This document shows, one piece after another, positions 9,736-18,454 of a stretch of DNA of 64,000 bases (positions within the stretch are counted from its first letter, which is position 1; each line of letters opens with the position of its first letter). Under the pieces are notes generated by a model that was not told where the DNA came from, did no database searches, and saw only the letters and a program-made list of their open reading frames with translations. Made by a program: the position numbers and the translations under genes. This stretch comes from an uncultured Acidobacteriota bacterium. Lineage in GTDB: Bacteria; Acidobacteriota; UBA6911. The stretch lies in the NCBI GenBank assembly GCA_964474425.1, contig CAYYTC010000002.1, positions 39,859-103,858 of the forward strand, read 5' to 3'.

Positions 9736-10023
9736 ATGAAGATTACGCTTCAAACAGTACTGGGGCTCAAGCAGGTCGTCGGCCAGAGGCTGATGGAGAT
9801 CGAGCTTCCTCAGGGATCGACGGTTGACGACTTCGTGGCATATATGAAGAAAAGATGGAGGGGCAGGCTCTCCCCTCATTTTATCAACCCCCATAACGGC
9901 AATGTTCATCCCCACGTGCGCATCATGGTCAACGGCCAAACGATTGAATTTCCCAAGGGGATGAAGACCAGGCTGAATGAGGGGGATGAAGTTGCGATCC
10001 TGCCGCTGGTTTCCGGCGGATAA
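9736..10023 (+). CDS. MoaD/ThiS-family small sulfur-carrier protein
   Basis: 95 aa ending in ...AILPLVSGG (C-terminal Gly-Gly) with a beta-grasp-like length. It lies directly downstream of the AOR relic, as in AOR gene clusters. Confidence 0.8.
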   Translation: MKITLQTVLGLKQVVGQRLMEIELPQGSTVDDFVAYMKKRWRGRLSPHFINPHNGNVHPHVRIMVNGQTIEFPKGMKTRLNEGDEVAILPLVSGG

Positions 10024-10213
10024 ATCCAAGGCTCCAAATACGACGCCGCGGATAACGCGGCGCCATAGGAATCGTGTCGATGCGATCCATGGTGTTTTTG
10101 CATTTGCGCGCCTGAAGCGTGATTGGAGGGAATCGGGTAGCTCCTGCAGAACCGGGGGATTACCAATGTAATTGCCGGATATGGCGAATGTGGAATTGGT
10201 GGCTACCTACTGA

Positions 10214-10573
10214 ACTCTGGCGGGAGCGGAGAACGGCGGGATCATGATCGACCTCTGGCACGTGGTGAAACTGGGCATCCCGTACGAGGATGTAGCCCGC
10301 ATCCCCTCCCGCTATTTGCTCGGCATCGAGATCAACGACGGGACGCTGGAGTGCCCCTGGGACCTGCATGAGGACACCATCAATCACCGGAAATATTGCG
10401 GTGAAGGAATCGATGTGAAGGGTTTCGTCGATTGCATGCTGAAGGCCGGCTATAAAGGGCCCTGAGGAATAGAGGTCCTGAGCCAGGACATCCGGTCCCT
10501 ACCCATGAATGTGCGGGCGATGCGCGCCTTAAACACCACAATCGCCCAGTTCTCCGACATGGAAAGGAGATGA
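10214..10573 (+). pseudogene. C-terminal relic of a sugar-phosphate isomerase/epimerase (xylose-isomerase-like TIM barrel) gene
   Basis: The frame reads ...MIDLWHVVKLGIPYEDV...GFVDCMLKAGYKGP-TGA-GIEVLSQDIRSLPMNVRAMRALNTTIAQF. Only about the last 110 codons are present. The TGA at 10463-10465 falls where family members normally have Trp (G.dGpW.iEv). Confidence 0.55.
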
Positions 10574-10577
10574 CGAC

Positions 10578-11543
10578 TTGGATCTCAGCCGAAGAATACT
10601 GATTGACCTTTATGCGACCATGCTGAAGATCCGGCGTTTCGAGGAACGTGTGGTCCGGGAGGTCTACGCCGGAAACGTCCCGGGTTTTGTGCACTCCTAC
10701 ATCGGCGAAGAAGCCATCGCCGCCGGAGTCTGCGTCCACCTGGGCAAGGAGGACCGCATCGTCAGCCATCACCGCGGCCACGGCCACTGCATCGCCAAGG
10801 GCGCGGACATGAAGAGGATGATGGCGGAGATCTACGGGAAAAAAACCGGCTACTGCAAAGGCAAAGGCGGTTCCATGCACATAGCCGATTTCAGCATAGG
10901 CATGCTCGGGGCGGACGGGATCGTCGGAGCCGGGCTGCCGATCGCCACCGGCGCGGCTCTCGCAGCCCAACTCGAAGGCAAGGGGAGGATCGCGGCCATC
11001 TTTTTTGGGGATGGGGCATGCCAGGAAGGCGAATTCCACGAAGCGCTGAACCTCGCTTCTATCTGGAAGTTGCCTTTGCTCTTCGTATGTGAAAACAACC
11101 ACTACGGCGTGAACACTTCCGCGCAGTATTCGCTGGGCGCCGGAGAAATCACACGGATGCCGGAAGCGTATCACATCGCCAGTAAAGCGATCTATGGCAA
11201 CGACGTCGAGCTCGTGTACCGGACCGCAAAAGAGGCCGTTGCAGGGCTGAGAGAAGGCAGCGGCCCATTTTTCCTGGAATGCCAAACCTACCGCTGGCAC
11301 AAGCATTATCTCTCGGAGGCGCTCGAGGACTTGCGGCCCAAAGAGGAGCTCGAGGCATGGAAGAAAAAGTGCCCGGTGGCCGCTTTTGAACGTAGGCTCC
11401 TTGAACGGGGAGTTCTTACCCCTGCAAAGATCCAATCCATCGACACAAGGATCCTGGCGCAGGTCGAGGAAGCGCACGGTTTTGCTCTTGCAAGCCCCTA
11501 CCCTCAACCGCAGGACGCCCTGGCAGATATCTATTCCCTGTGA
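10578..11543 (+). CDS. thiamine-diphosphate-dependent 2-oxoacid dehydrogenase E1 alpha subunit (acetoin/pyruvate dehydrogenase type)
   Basis: 321 aa, TTG start after AAGGAG. Motifs SHHRGHGHCIAKG and GDGACQEGEFHEALNLASIWKLPLLFVCENNHYG are present. Confidence 0.9.
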   Translation: MDLSRRILIDLYATMLKIRRFEERVVREVYAGNVPGFVHSYIGEEAIAAGVCVHLGKEDRIVSHHRGHGHCIAKGADMKRMMAEIYGKKTGYCKGKGGSMHIADFSIGMLGADGIVGAGLPIATGAALAAQLEGKGRIAAIFFGDGACQEGEFHEALNLASIWKLPLLFVCENNHYGVNTSAQYSLGAGEITRMPEAYHIASKAIYGNDVELVYRTAKEAVAGLREGSGPFFLECQTYRWHKHYLSEALEDLRPKEELEAWKKKCPVAAFERRLLERGVLTPAKIQSIDTRILAQVEEAHGFALASPYPQPQDALADIYSL

Positions 11544-11559
11544 ATTGAAGAGGCACGCA

Positions 11560-12513
11560 ATGCGAGAAATCACATACGAACAGGCGGCCAACGAAGCCAT
11601 ACAGGAGGAATTCCGCAGAAACCCGCGGACGGTCCATTTATCGACCGATCTGGCCGCCGATTTGCAGCAAGAGTTCGGGGCAGAGCGAATCAGGGTTACG
11701 CCCATAGCGGAGAACAATTTCGTGGGAGCGGCAATCGGGCTGGCAGGTTCCGGCTTCCGCACAGTTTGCAACCTGCGCATGGCCACTTTCGGTTTCGTGG
11801 CCATGGACCAGATGATGAATCACGCCGCAAAAATCACCTACATGTTCGGCGGCCAGGCCAAGTTCCCTATTTTGATCCGGATGACCGTAGGCGCGGGTTT
11901 CTCGGGCGCCGCCGAGCACTCCATAAGCCCCTATTCCATGTTCATGAATGTGCCGGGGCTGAAGATCCTTCTGCCCACAACTCCTTATGATGTAAAGGGC
12001 CTGCTCAAGACCGCGCTGAGGGACCCGAACCCGGTAATCTCGTTCGAGAATTTCCTAATCGGCAAAGTCAAAGGCGAAGTGCCGGACGACGATTACCTGG
12101 TGCCGATGGGCAAAGCCTGCGTGCGCAGGAAGGGTTCGGATGTGACCGTGGTCGCTTTGGCCAGAATGGTTTACGAGGCGCTGCAGGCCGCAGAAGAGCT
12201 ATCGAAAGACGGCATTTCGGTGGAAGTTATCGATCCCAGAACGCTGGTCCCGCTGGACAGAGGAGCAATCATCAAATCCGTCAGAAAAACGGGCCGCCTG
12301 GTGGTTGTGGATGAAGCCTGTCAGACGTGCGGCGCCGCAGCGGAGATTTTGGCGCTGGCGACATCCGACAGAGGCGCTTTCAAAAAGCTTAAGTCGGCGC
12401 CGGCCAGAGTCTGCGGGCTGGATATCCCGATCCCCTTCAGTCCGCCGATGGAAAAATTCGCCATCCCGGATAAGGCAAAAGTCGTCAAGGCCATCAGAGC
12501 GGCGCTGCGCTAG
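11560..12513 (+). CDS. 2-oxoacid dehydrogenase E1 beta subunit
   Basis: The track ORF 11386-12513 was trimmed to ATG 11560 (MREITYEQAANEAIQEEF...), 17 nt after the alpha stop. It has typical transketolase-like pyrimidine-binding and C-terminal domains. Confidence 0.9.
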   Translation: MREITYEQAANEAIQEEFRRNPRTVHLSTDLAADLQQEFGAERIRVTPIAENNFVGAAIGLAGSGFRTVCNLRMATFGFVAMDQMMNHAAKITYMFGGQAKFPILIRMTVGAGFSGAAEHSISPYSMFMNVPGLKILLPTTPYDVKGLLKTALRDPNPVISFENFLIGKVKGEVPDDDYLVPMGKACVRRKGSDVTVVALARMVYEALQAAEELSKDGISVEVIDPRTLVPLDRGAIIKSVRKTGRLVVVDEACQTCGAAAEILALATSDRGAFKKLKSAPARVCGLDIPIPFSPPMEKFAIPDKAKVVKAIRAALR

Positions 12514-12781
12514 GAGCGGCCGCGGATTTTACGGCGCGGCCGGGCGGCCGCGATCCCGCGGATGTTAATTCGGAAAACGGCCCTTCCAGAAAGTATCCTC
12601 CGCCGGATCAGGCGGGAGAAAAAATTGCCCCAGTCAGGTACCTCCGGCAAGCCCTGACTGCGGGACACACTTGACACTGTGGGCAGGCTGCTTTTATTTC
12701 CGGATGAGATTAGGTTCAGGCAGCCTGCCGGCTACGGTTTGCTTGCCACATTCTACGCCGAAGGCTTTACGTCCCAGAGCC

Positions 12782-12814
12782 CAGGGTTGACCGCGCTTTT
12801 TGCGGTCAACCCTG
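12782..12814 (+). terminator. 13-bp stem-loop (cagggttgaccgc-gcttttt-gcggtcaaccctg), possible terminator or structured-RNA element
   Basis: Perfect 13-bp inverted repeat with a 7-nt loop, 270 nt after the E1 beta stop. It is one of at least five stable hairpins between 12600 and 12960. The downstream U-tract is weak. Confidence 0.35.
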
Positions 12815-13035
12815 TGTCTTTGGGACTCAGCCCCGTTGGGGCTGAATGCATTAGGGAAGGAAAAAGGAAGGTTGGGACACGGCCACCGTGTCACGTGTGG
12901 GCAACAGTCAGGACAGAGCCGGGGGGTTACCCATGTAATCAGCGGGAAGCCGCTTTGTATTTCTCAAATATCTTTGCTGCCAACGGGAATGAATTCAGAT
13001 CCCCATCCCTGTCATAAATAAGGAGAAGAGGATTC

Positions 13036-14226
13036 ATGGCCAATGCATTGGAGGGCGTCAGGGTTTTGGATTTTACACAGTATTTATCCGGTCCTCATTG
13101 TACGTCGGTTCTGTGCGAACTCGGCGCCGAGATCATAAAGATTGAAATGCCGGGCAAGGGCGAACCGGAGAGGCTCGCCATGCCCATGACGCCCAAACGG
13201 GAGTCGTATCAGTTTCTATCTTATAACCGGGGAAAGAAAAGCATCACCCTAAACCTTAAGAGTTCGAAAGGGCTAGAGATTGCCAGGAAACTGGCGGGCA
13301 AAGTGGATGTCCTGGTCGAGAACTTTGCCCCCGGTGGCATGGAACGGCTGGGCCTGAGTTACGAAGAGGTAAGCAAAATCAATCCGCGGATCATTTACGC
13401 CTCCATTTCCGGCTTCGGGCAGACCGGACCCCGCCGCAACGACGTCAGCTATGATGTGGTCGCACAGGCAATGGGAGGGCTGATGAGCGTCACTGGCTAT
13501 GCCGACGGGGAACCGCTGAAGGCGGGCATCTCGCTCGGCGACTACATGGGAGGCTACAACGGCGTCATCGCCATCCTGGCGGCCCTGTATTACCGGATGG
13601 TAACGGGTAAGGGACAGTCCATCGACATTTCCATGCAGGACGGCATCTGGGCGATGGTTTTCCCGGACCGAGCCGACTACTTTGACACTCGCATCGTCCC
13701 CAGGAGAATCGGCAACAAGCTGAGCAGTTCCGCTCCATTCGGCGCTTACAATGCCCGGGACGGGCATGTGGTGATTTGCACGATCACGGATCCTCAATGG
13801 CAAAAGGTCCTCCAGGCAATGGGCCGTGAGGACCTGAGCGGCGAACCGCGCTATGCCACGCGTGAGAAGAGGACTCAAAATATGGAAGAAGTGGACGGCC
13901 TGGTTCAGGCGTGGTGCAGGGAAAAAACCGTCGAGGAGGTCCTAGCAATCCTCAAGAAATACGGGGTGCCCTGCTCCCCTCTGCCCGCTTTCGATCAGGT
14001 CGCCGGCGATCCCCAATTGCTGAGCAGAGAGATGATTGTCGAGGTTGAACAGCCCGTTTCGGGAAAGGTGAAGCTCAGCGGTTCAGTCTATAGGATGTCC
14101 AAAACGCCCGGCGATCGCAGGAAACGCGTTCCTGCCGTGGGAGAGCACAACGAGGAAATCTATGGCGGTCTCCTGGGGATCGATGCGCAGGGGATGCAGG
14201 AGCTCAGGCAGGAGGGAATCATCTGA
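13036..14226 (+). CDS. family III CoA-transferase (CaiB/BaiF type)
   Basis: 396 aa. The N-terminus LEGVRVLDFTQYLSGPHCTSVLCELGAEIIKIE and the ENFAPGGMERLGL segment are characteristic. Confidence 0.9.
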   Translation: MANALEGVRVLDFTQYLSGPHCTSVLCELGAEIIKIEMPGKGEPERLAMPMTPKRESYQFLSYNRGKKSITLNLKSSKGLEIARKLAGKVDVLVENFAPGGMERLGLSYEEVSKINPRIIYASISGFGQTGPRRNDVSYDVVAQAMGGLMSVTGYADGEPLKAGISLGDYMGGYNGVIAILAALYYRMVTGKGQSIDISMQDGIWAMVFPDRADYFDTRIVPRRIGNKLSSSAPFGAYNARDGHVVICTITDPQWQKVLQAMGREDLSGEPRYATREKRTQNMEEVDGLVQAWCREKTVEEVLAILKKYGVPCSPLPAFDQVAGDPQLLSREMIVEVEQPVSGKVKLSGSVYRMSKTPGDRRKRVPAVGEHNEEIYGGLLGIDAQGMQELRQEGII

Positions 14227-14387
14227 TCGTCCCGCGCCCATTTTATTGTTTACAAAATTTGCAGTTCAATCTAGAATTAACATTTTTTCAAGTGATGCAA
14301 TGTTTGGATTTGTCCCGCCGTAAGGTTATCGGCTCTTCCAACAAAGCCAGCACTTAATTATCACTATAGGTTTGGAGGGAAATCTAT

Positions 14388-15050
14388 ATGCCAGAATTTC
14401 TGGATGTGCTCACATCGAGAAAGAGTATCCGAAGATACAAACCCGACGAGATATCGGATGAGATGATTGACAAGATCCTTGAGGCGGCGCGATGGGCGCC
14501 CACGGGCGAAAACTATCAGCCGTGGAGGTTTATTGTTATCCGGGACCAGGAAACAAGGGACAAGATCGGCGATCTGTCCAGACAGGGGAGCGGATCGCGC
14601 ATGACAGCCTGGTACTGCCTCAATGAACTGCAGCAGAGGTTTGAGGGGATCGAAGATCCTGTCAAGAGGACCGAGGTATTGGAGTTTATGTACTCGGGCA
14701 GAGTGTCGGAATTCAGCAAGCAGGCGCCCGTAATCATTGCCGTGATCGGAGATTTGCGAGTGGGAAGCGTCGATGTCCCCTACGACCTTTGCGCCGCCAT
14801 CGAGAATATGCTCCTGCAGGCCCATTCCATGGGACTCGGCGCATGCTGGGTTCACGGACCGGTGGCCAGCACGAGGGATGCAAAGAGATTCAAGGAAATA
14901 TTGGGGATTCCGACCGGGATGGGAGACTATAAGGTCATCGCTTATCTCGCATTCGGATGGCCTAAAGAACAACGCAAACATCCCAGGCCAAAACTGCCGC
15001 TTAAGGAAATGGTGTACTGGGAAAAATTTGGAAATAAGGAGAGGATCTAA
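14388..15050 (+). CDS. nitroreductase-family flavoprotein
   Basis: 220 aa containing RKSIRRYKPDEISDEMIDKILEAARWAPTGENYQPWRFIVI. Confidence 0.85.
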   Translation: MPEFLDVLTSRKSIRRYKPDEISDEMIDKILEAARWAPTGENYQPWRFIVIRDQETRDKIGDLSRQGSGSRMTAWYCLNELQQRFEGIEDPVKRTEVLEFMYSGRVSEFSKQAPVIIAVIGDLRVGSVDVPYDLCAAIENMLLQAHSMGLGACWVHGPVASTRDAKRFKEILGIPTGMGDYKVIAYLAFGWPKEQRKHPRPKLPLKEMVYWEKFGNKERI

Positions 15051-15598
15051 TGGATAGCATAAAATATTGCAACGAGCTGCTTTCGAGACTGGAAACTCTC
15101 GCCTATCATGAACTCTCCGGGATGATCCACTGGAAATGCGAGTATGTCGGAGTCGACTTCATTCGCGCCAAGCAGATCGAGGGGAAAAACGTAAACGAAA
15201 TCGTCACGAGCTGCTGCAAGGCGATCACCGAAGACGGAATCGCCAAGGAAATTGCCTTTAAAGTGGGGCCGGATGGGGTGATGCTCAAACTGAAGATCAA
15301 GGGATGCATCCACCATCTCAAGGAAGCCCAGACGAGGGCGGAAGGCATTGCGCCCTATCTCTGTCCGGTGGCCAACATGGTCCTGGACCAGATCCACGAA
15401 AAGCTGAAATACACGACGAGCTATTTGGCAAAACTCGCCATCGACAGCGACAAGAAGCAGTGTCTCGTGTATATGGCGCTTTACGAGACCGGAAGCAAGA
15501 TCGGTCAAGTCTCGGATTGGCTCGCGGACGATGAAGATGCGGATTTCGTGAAGAACCAACCTTCTCAGATCCTTGCCGCAGCCGACAGGAAAAAATAA
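15050..15598 (+). CDS. hypothetical protein (182 aa), translationally coupled to the nitroreductase
   Basis: Its start overlaps the upstream stop (TAATG). Composition is coding-like and Cys-containing (CCKAI, GCIHH, CPVANM). No family recognised. Confidence 0.6.
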   Translation: MDSIKYCNELLSRLETLAYHELSGMIHWKCEYVGVDFIRAKQIEGKNVNEIVTSCCKAITEDGIAKEIAFKVGPDGVMLKLKIKGCIHHLKEAQTRAEGIAPYLCPVANMVLDQIHEKLKYTTSYLAKLAIDSDKKQCLVYMALYETGSKIGQVSDWLADDEDADFVKNQPSQILAAADRKK

Positions 15599-15635
15599 AG
15601 GCTGCGTCTTCTCGTGGGCAATTCAGGTTTCTACA

Positions 15636-15684
15636 AAAAGCCGCGCAACCGGAGCTTGCGGCTCCTATTGCGCGGCTTTTTGTT
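15636..15684 (+). terminator. rho-independent terminator
   Basis: aaaAGCCGCGCAA-ccggagcttgcggctccta-TTGCGCGGCT followed by TTTTGTT, about 40 nt after the stop of CDS 15050-15598. Confidence 0.7.
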
Positions 15685-15858
15685 GCGCCGTCGAATTTTG
15701 GGGGCTGCCGTTCCCTTGCGATGGATCAAAAATCCGCCGGATCTTCAAGGCCGCCAGGCGGGCGAATCCCTATTGCATGGCACGAACGGTTGTTGTATCA
15801 ATACGTATGAAAAGCCGGCCGGCTATGGACGTTCCATAGGCAGAGAACAAAACGGAGG

Positions 15859-16050
15859 ATGTCAATGAAAAAAGCCGAGATGCCCTGTGCAATGCATGAT
15901 GAACACCTGTGTTATCTGGTAAATATGGGCTATGTTGAGAACAGTTTGAGCGACTATAAAGCGCTGGTCAAGGATGCAAAGTTCGTATGCAAGAAATGCG
16001 GACGAAGCGCCAATTCGGATGAAAACCTCTGCCGGCCCGTAAAGATCTAG
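15859..16050 (+). CDS. small Cys-rich protein (63 aa), unknown function
   Basis: A strong SD (ACGGAGGA) precedes the ATG. The sequence has C..H....C near the N-terminus and CKKCGR...C near the C-terminus, suggestive of metal binding. Confidence 0.5.
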   Translation: MSMKKAEMPCAMHDEHLCYLVNMGYVENSLSDYKALVKDAKFVCKKCGRSANSDENLCRPVKI

Positions 16051-16347
16051 CGGGCTGCGCCCTGCAGACAGGCACACACGAATTCGCATGAAATAACCTC
16101 AAAAATCATATTCCCTTAAACATGGAGGAGCCCCTAGGCTCCCGCCGTCAGGACGCACCCTAAGTTTGGGGCGTCATCGCCGGCGCGATGGCCGGCCGGC
16201 CCCGATTTCAAGCTCTACGTTCCGACGCGGAAAGGGATAAATTCGAGTTTTCGGAGCAATATGCAGCGAGGGTATACACTCTCGCTGGTTGCTCCCTTCG
16301 GGTTTTTCATCGTCTGCAATTGTGCGCGGCAGGATGCACCTTCCGGC

Positions 16348-17106
16348 TTATCCTACATACATGCGCCCGGGGTCGATGACTTCCCGGATCAGGCGGAGTT
16401 GTTCCGCCGACGGCGGTTCGGTTACGGAAACCTCCTTCGGGATAAGTGGGCGAAAGCCCATCGTTGAGAGGACGTCTTCGAGATTGTTCCCCGGATGGAT
16501 CGAAAGCAGCATCATCTGCTTTGTTTCCGGATGAAATCCGAATATTGCTTTATCGGTGATCACCCGGCTTGGACCGCCGACCAGGCCGGCCTTTGCCCGG
16601 CTTTCGCCGCCGTCGAGATACCCGGGACTGGTAACGAAGGAAATCGTTTCCCGGAACTTGCCTTCCTCCTGGCGCATGATCAGGATGGTCTTCTTCGCGC
16701 AGGAGGCGATATCGTTCGCGCCGCCGCTGCCGACCATATGACGGAATTTCCCCTTCGGGTCCCCCACGAGCGTCGTATTTAGATTGCCGAACCGGTCCGC
16801 TTCGAGCCCTCCCAGAAAACCGACATCGACCCTGCCGCGATGAAGAACGGTTCCCAGTATGTCGATAAAGCTGCTCAGCGCTTTAGCCCGGTACCATACC
16901 CTGGGATCGGCAAGCCCCACGCCGGTATGAATCGGTTCCGGGTCGATCACTCCCAGCTCAAACAGAACGGTCATGTCGGGAGCATGGCTTTTTTTCGCCA
17001 GGAAAGTCGCCACCATCGGAAGCCCGATCCCGACGGCGACAACCTGGCGGTCCTCCAGTTCGCGGGCGCCTGAAACTGCCATTAACTCGGATGGAGTATA
17101 GTCCAT
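16348..17106 (-). CDS. family I CoA-transferase subunit B (glutaconate CoA-transferase-like)
   Basis: The track ORF was trimmed to MDYTPSELMAV... (GAGGGAAAGAA before the ATG, 10 nt after the subunit A stop). Motif GGLEADRFGNLNTT...GSGGANDIA is present. Confidence 0.85.
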   Translation of the reverse strand: MDYTPSELMAVSGARELEDRQVVAVGIGLPMVATFLAKKSHAPDMTVLFELGVIDPEPIHTGVGLADPRVWYRAKALSSFIDILGTVLHRGRVDVGFLGGLEADRFGNLNTTLVGDPKGKFRHMVGSGGANDIASCAKKTILIMRQEEGKFRETISFVTSPGYLDGGESRAKAGLVGGPSRVITDKAIFGFHPETKQMMLLSIHPGNNLEDVLSTMGFRPLIPKEVSVTEPPSAEQLRLIREVIDPGRMYVG

Positions 17107-17116
17107 TTCTTTCCCT

Positions 17117-18016
17117 CTAATATCCCAGGATTGGATCGGCCCGGAGGCTCTTGAGACGGCGGAGGCCTCCGACAAGATCGAGATATTCCCAGTGGTCTGT
17201 CACGCCGTAGACATATTTGTCCAGGTATGCCTTCCACAGCTCGGGCTTTTGGAAAGCCTCGACGTATCTCCGGATCTCGTCGGCGTCGTAATCGTACTCA
17301 TGATATAGGGAGGTCGGATGGGCCCCGAAGGGCAGTTCCACGACATGAGAGACAAGGAGACTGGGAATCACGCACCGTTCGGGTTCCCTGCGAATGATGT
17401 CCGTCGGCACCACATGCTCGGCGATAACGATCGTGCGTGTGCTGGCTTTCACCTGTTCCGGAGAGTCCCATTTCGGCCCCGTGATCCAGGCGTTTCCCTC
17501 TTCGTCACAGATCTGGACTTGCAGCACGGCCACATCCGGAAGCAGGGGCTTCAACGCAAGCCACCGGTCGCCGGTAAAGGGATCATTGATAAAGGCCACA
17601 TCGGATCCCGTCCTCTCCTGAATCCGGCTCAGCAGGCCGGACCCGGACAGCGACCGTATGGGGATGAAGGGAAGCCCGAGCGAGCCGGCCAGATAGCGGA
17701 AGGCAATCGACAGGCTGCTGTATTCTTCGGCCTGGATCGAGCCGCTCTCAATGCCCGCGTTTATGCATCCAAGCCTTCCGAAACGGTCGAGCGCTCCTCC
17801 CCCGTAAATTACGCGCTCGACCGAACCGCCTCCCACCAGAAGATCCGTATCCATTGCTCCGAGGCACTGCGATATCGTCAGCTTTTTGATGCCCTGACGA
17901 ATGACCTCGCGCGCAAAGGCCATGGCGCATCGCGTGATTGCGAAGCCCGAAACGGCGACATGGGCCCCCGAGGGTATGGAGGCGACGGCCTCGCTCAAAC
18001 TGGATAATCTGTTCAT
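17117..18016 (-). CDS. family I CoA-transferase subunit A (glutaconate CoA-transferase-like)
   Basis: 299 aa starting SLSEAVASIPSGAHVAVSGF. It is adjacent to and co-directional with subunit B. Confidence 0.85.
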   Translation of the reverse strand: MNRLSSLSEAVASIPSGAHVAVSGFAITRCAMAFAREVIRQGIKKLTISQCLGAMDTDLLVGGGSVERVIYGGGALDRFGRLGCINAGIESGSIQAEEYSSLSIAFRYLAGSLGLPFIPIRSLSGSGLLSRIQERTGSDVAFINDPFTGDRWLALKPLLPDVAVLQVQICDEEGNAWITGPKWDSPEQVKASTRTIVIAEHVVPTDIIRREPERCVIPSLLVSHVVELPFGAHPTSLYHEYDYDADEIRRYVEAFQKPELWKAYLDKYVYGVTDHWEYLDLVGGLRRLKSLRADPILGY

Positions 18017-18454
18017 GAAATGCTCCTATGCGTCCGGCCCGCGGGCGCGTGCACGATTTTTGGAAATGCGCTCCGGCTCGCCTTAGGATGCGCCCTGCCT
18101 TTCTGCAGTAGGCTTTTGCAGTGGAAGCTCGTCTGGCCTTGTGAGGCAACCGCCGCGGAATACCGTAAATGCCGAAAATTCATGGTTAGACAATACATCA
18201 AAAGTACAGCGGCCGGATCCGGAAAATTGGCTATTTCGGCCCCTGTGCGGGTATGCCGTATTCGGGAACCCGGGCGAAGCAAACCGCCTGGAGGGCGGCC
18301 TGGGCCGCTTATTTCTGTGATTTCAGCGACTGGATGCCCGGCAGCCCCGCAATGCGACGGAAACACAAGCCGTTTCATAGCGCTTTCGGACAATCCTCTG
18401 CCGGCGGCAAATTCAGGTGGCAGTCACCGAAAATTCGCGATATCTTTCCAGGCC

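Noticed and set aside
10463-10465. In-frame TGA in the TIM-barrel isomerase tail as a second selenocysteine site
   Set aside because: The aligned residue in the family is Trp (TGG), not Cys. No hairpin follows the TGA, and the gene lacks its N-terminal two-thirds. A TGG-to-TGA nonsense mutation in a relic is the simpler reading.
10380-11804. 474-aa minus-strand ORF
   Set aside because: It is antisense to both E1 subunit genes, which have unambiguous family motifs on the plus strand.
15778-15793. Sigma-54-like TGGCAC upstream of the 63-aa Cys-rich ORF
   Set aside because: The downstream element reads GTTGT with the spacing off by one and no GC at the -12 position, so it does not fit TGGCAC-N5-TTGCW.
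18020-18454. N-terminal 145-codon extension of the amidohydrolase ORF
   Set aside because: The extension (MLLCVRPAGACTIFGNALRLALGCALPFCS...) is Cys/Arg/Pro-rich, overlaps the divergent promoter region, and has no counterpart in adenine-deaminase-type proteins. Homology starts near M18455. The true start could still be a nearby non-ATG codon.
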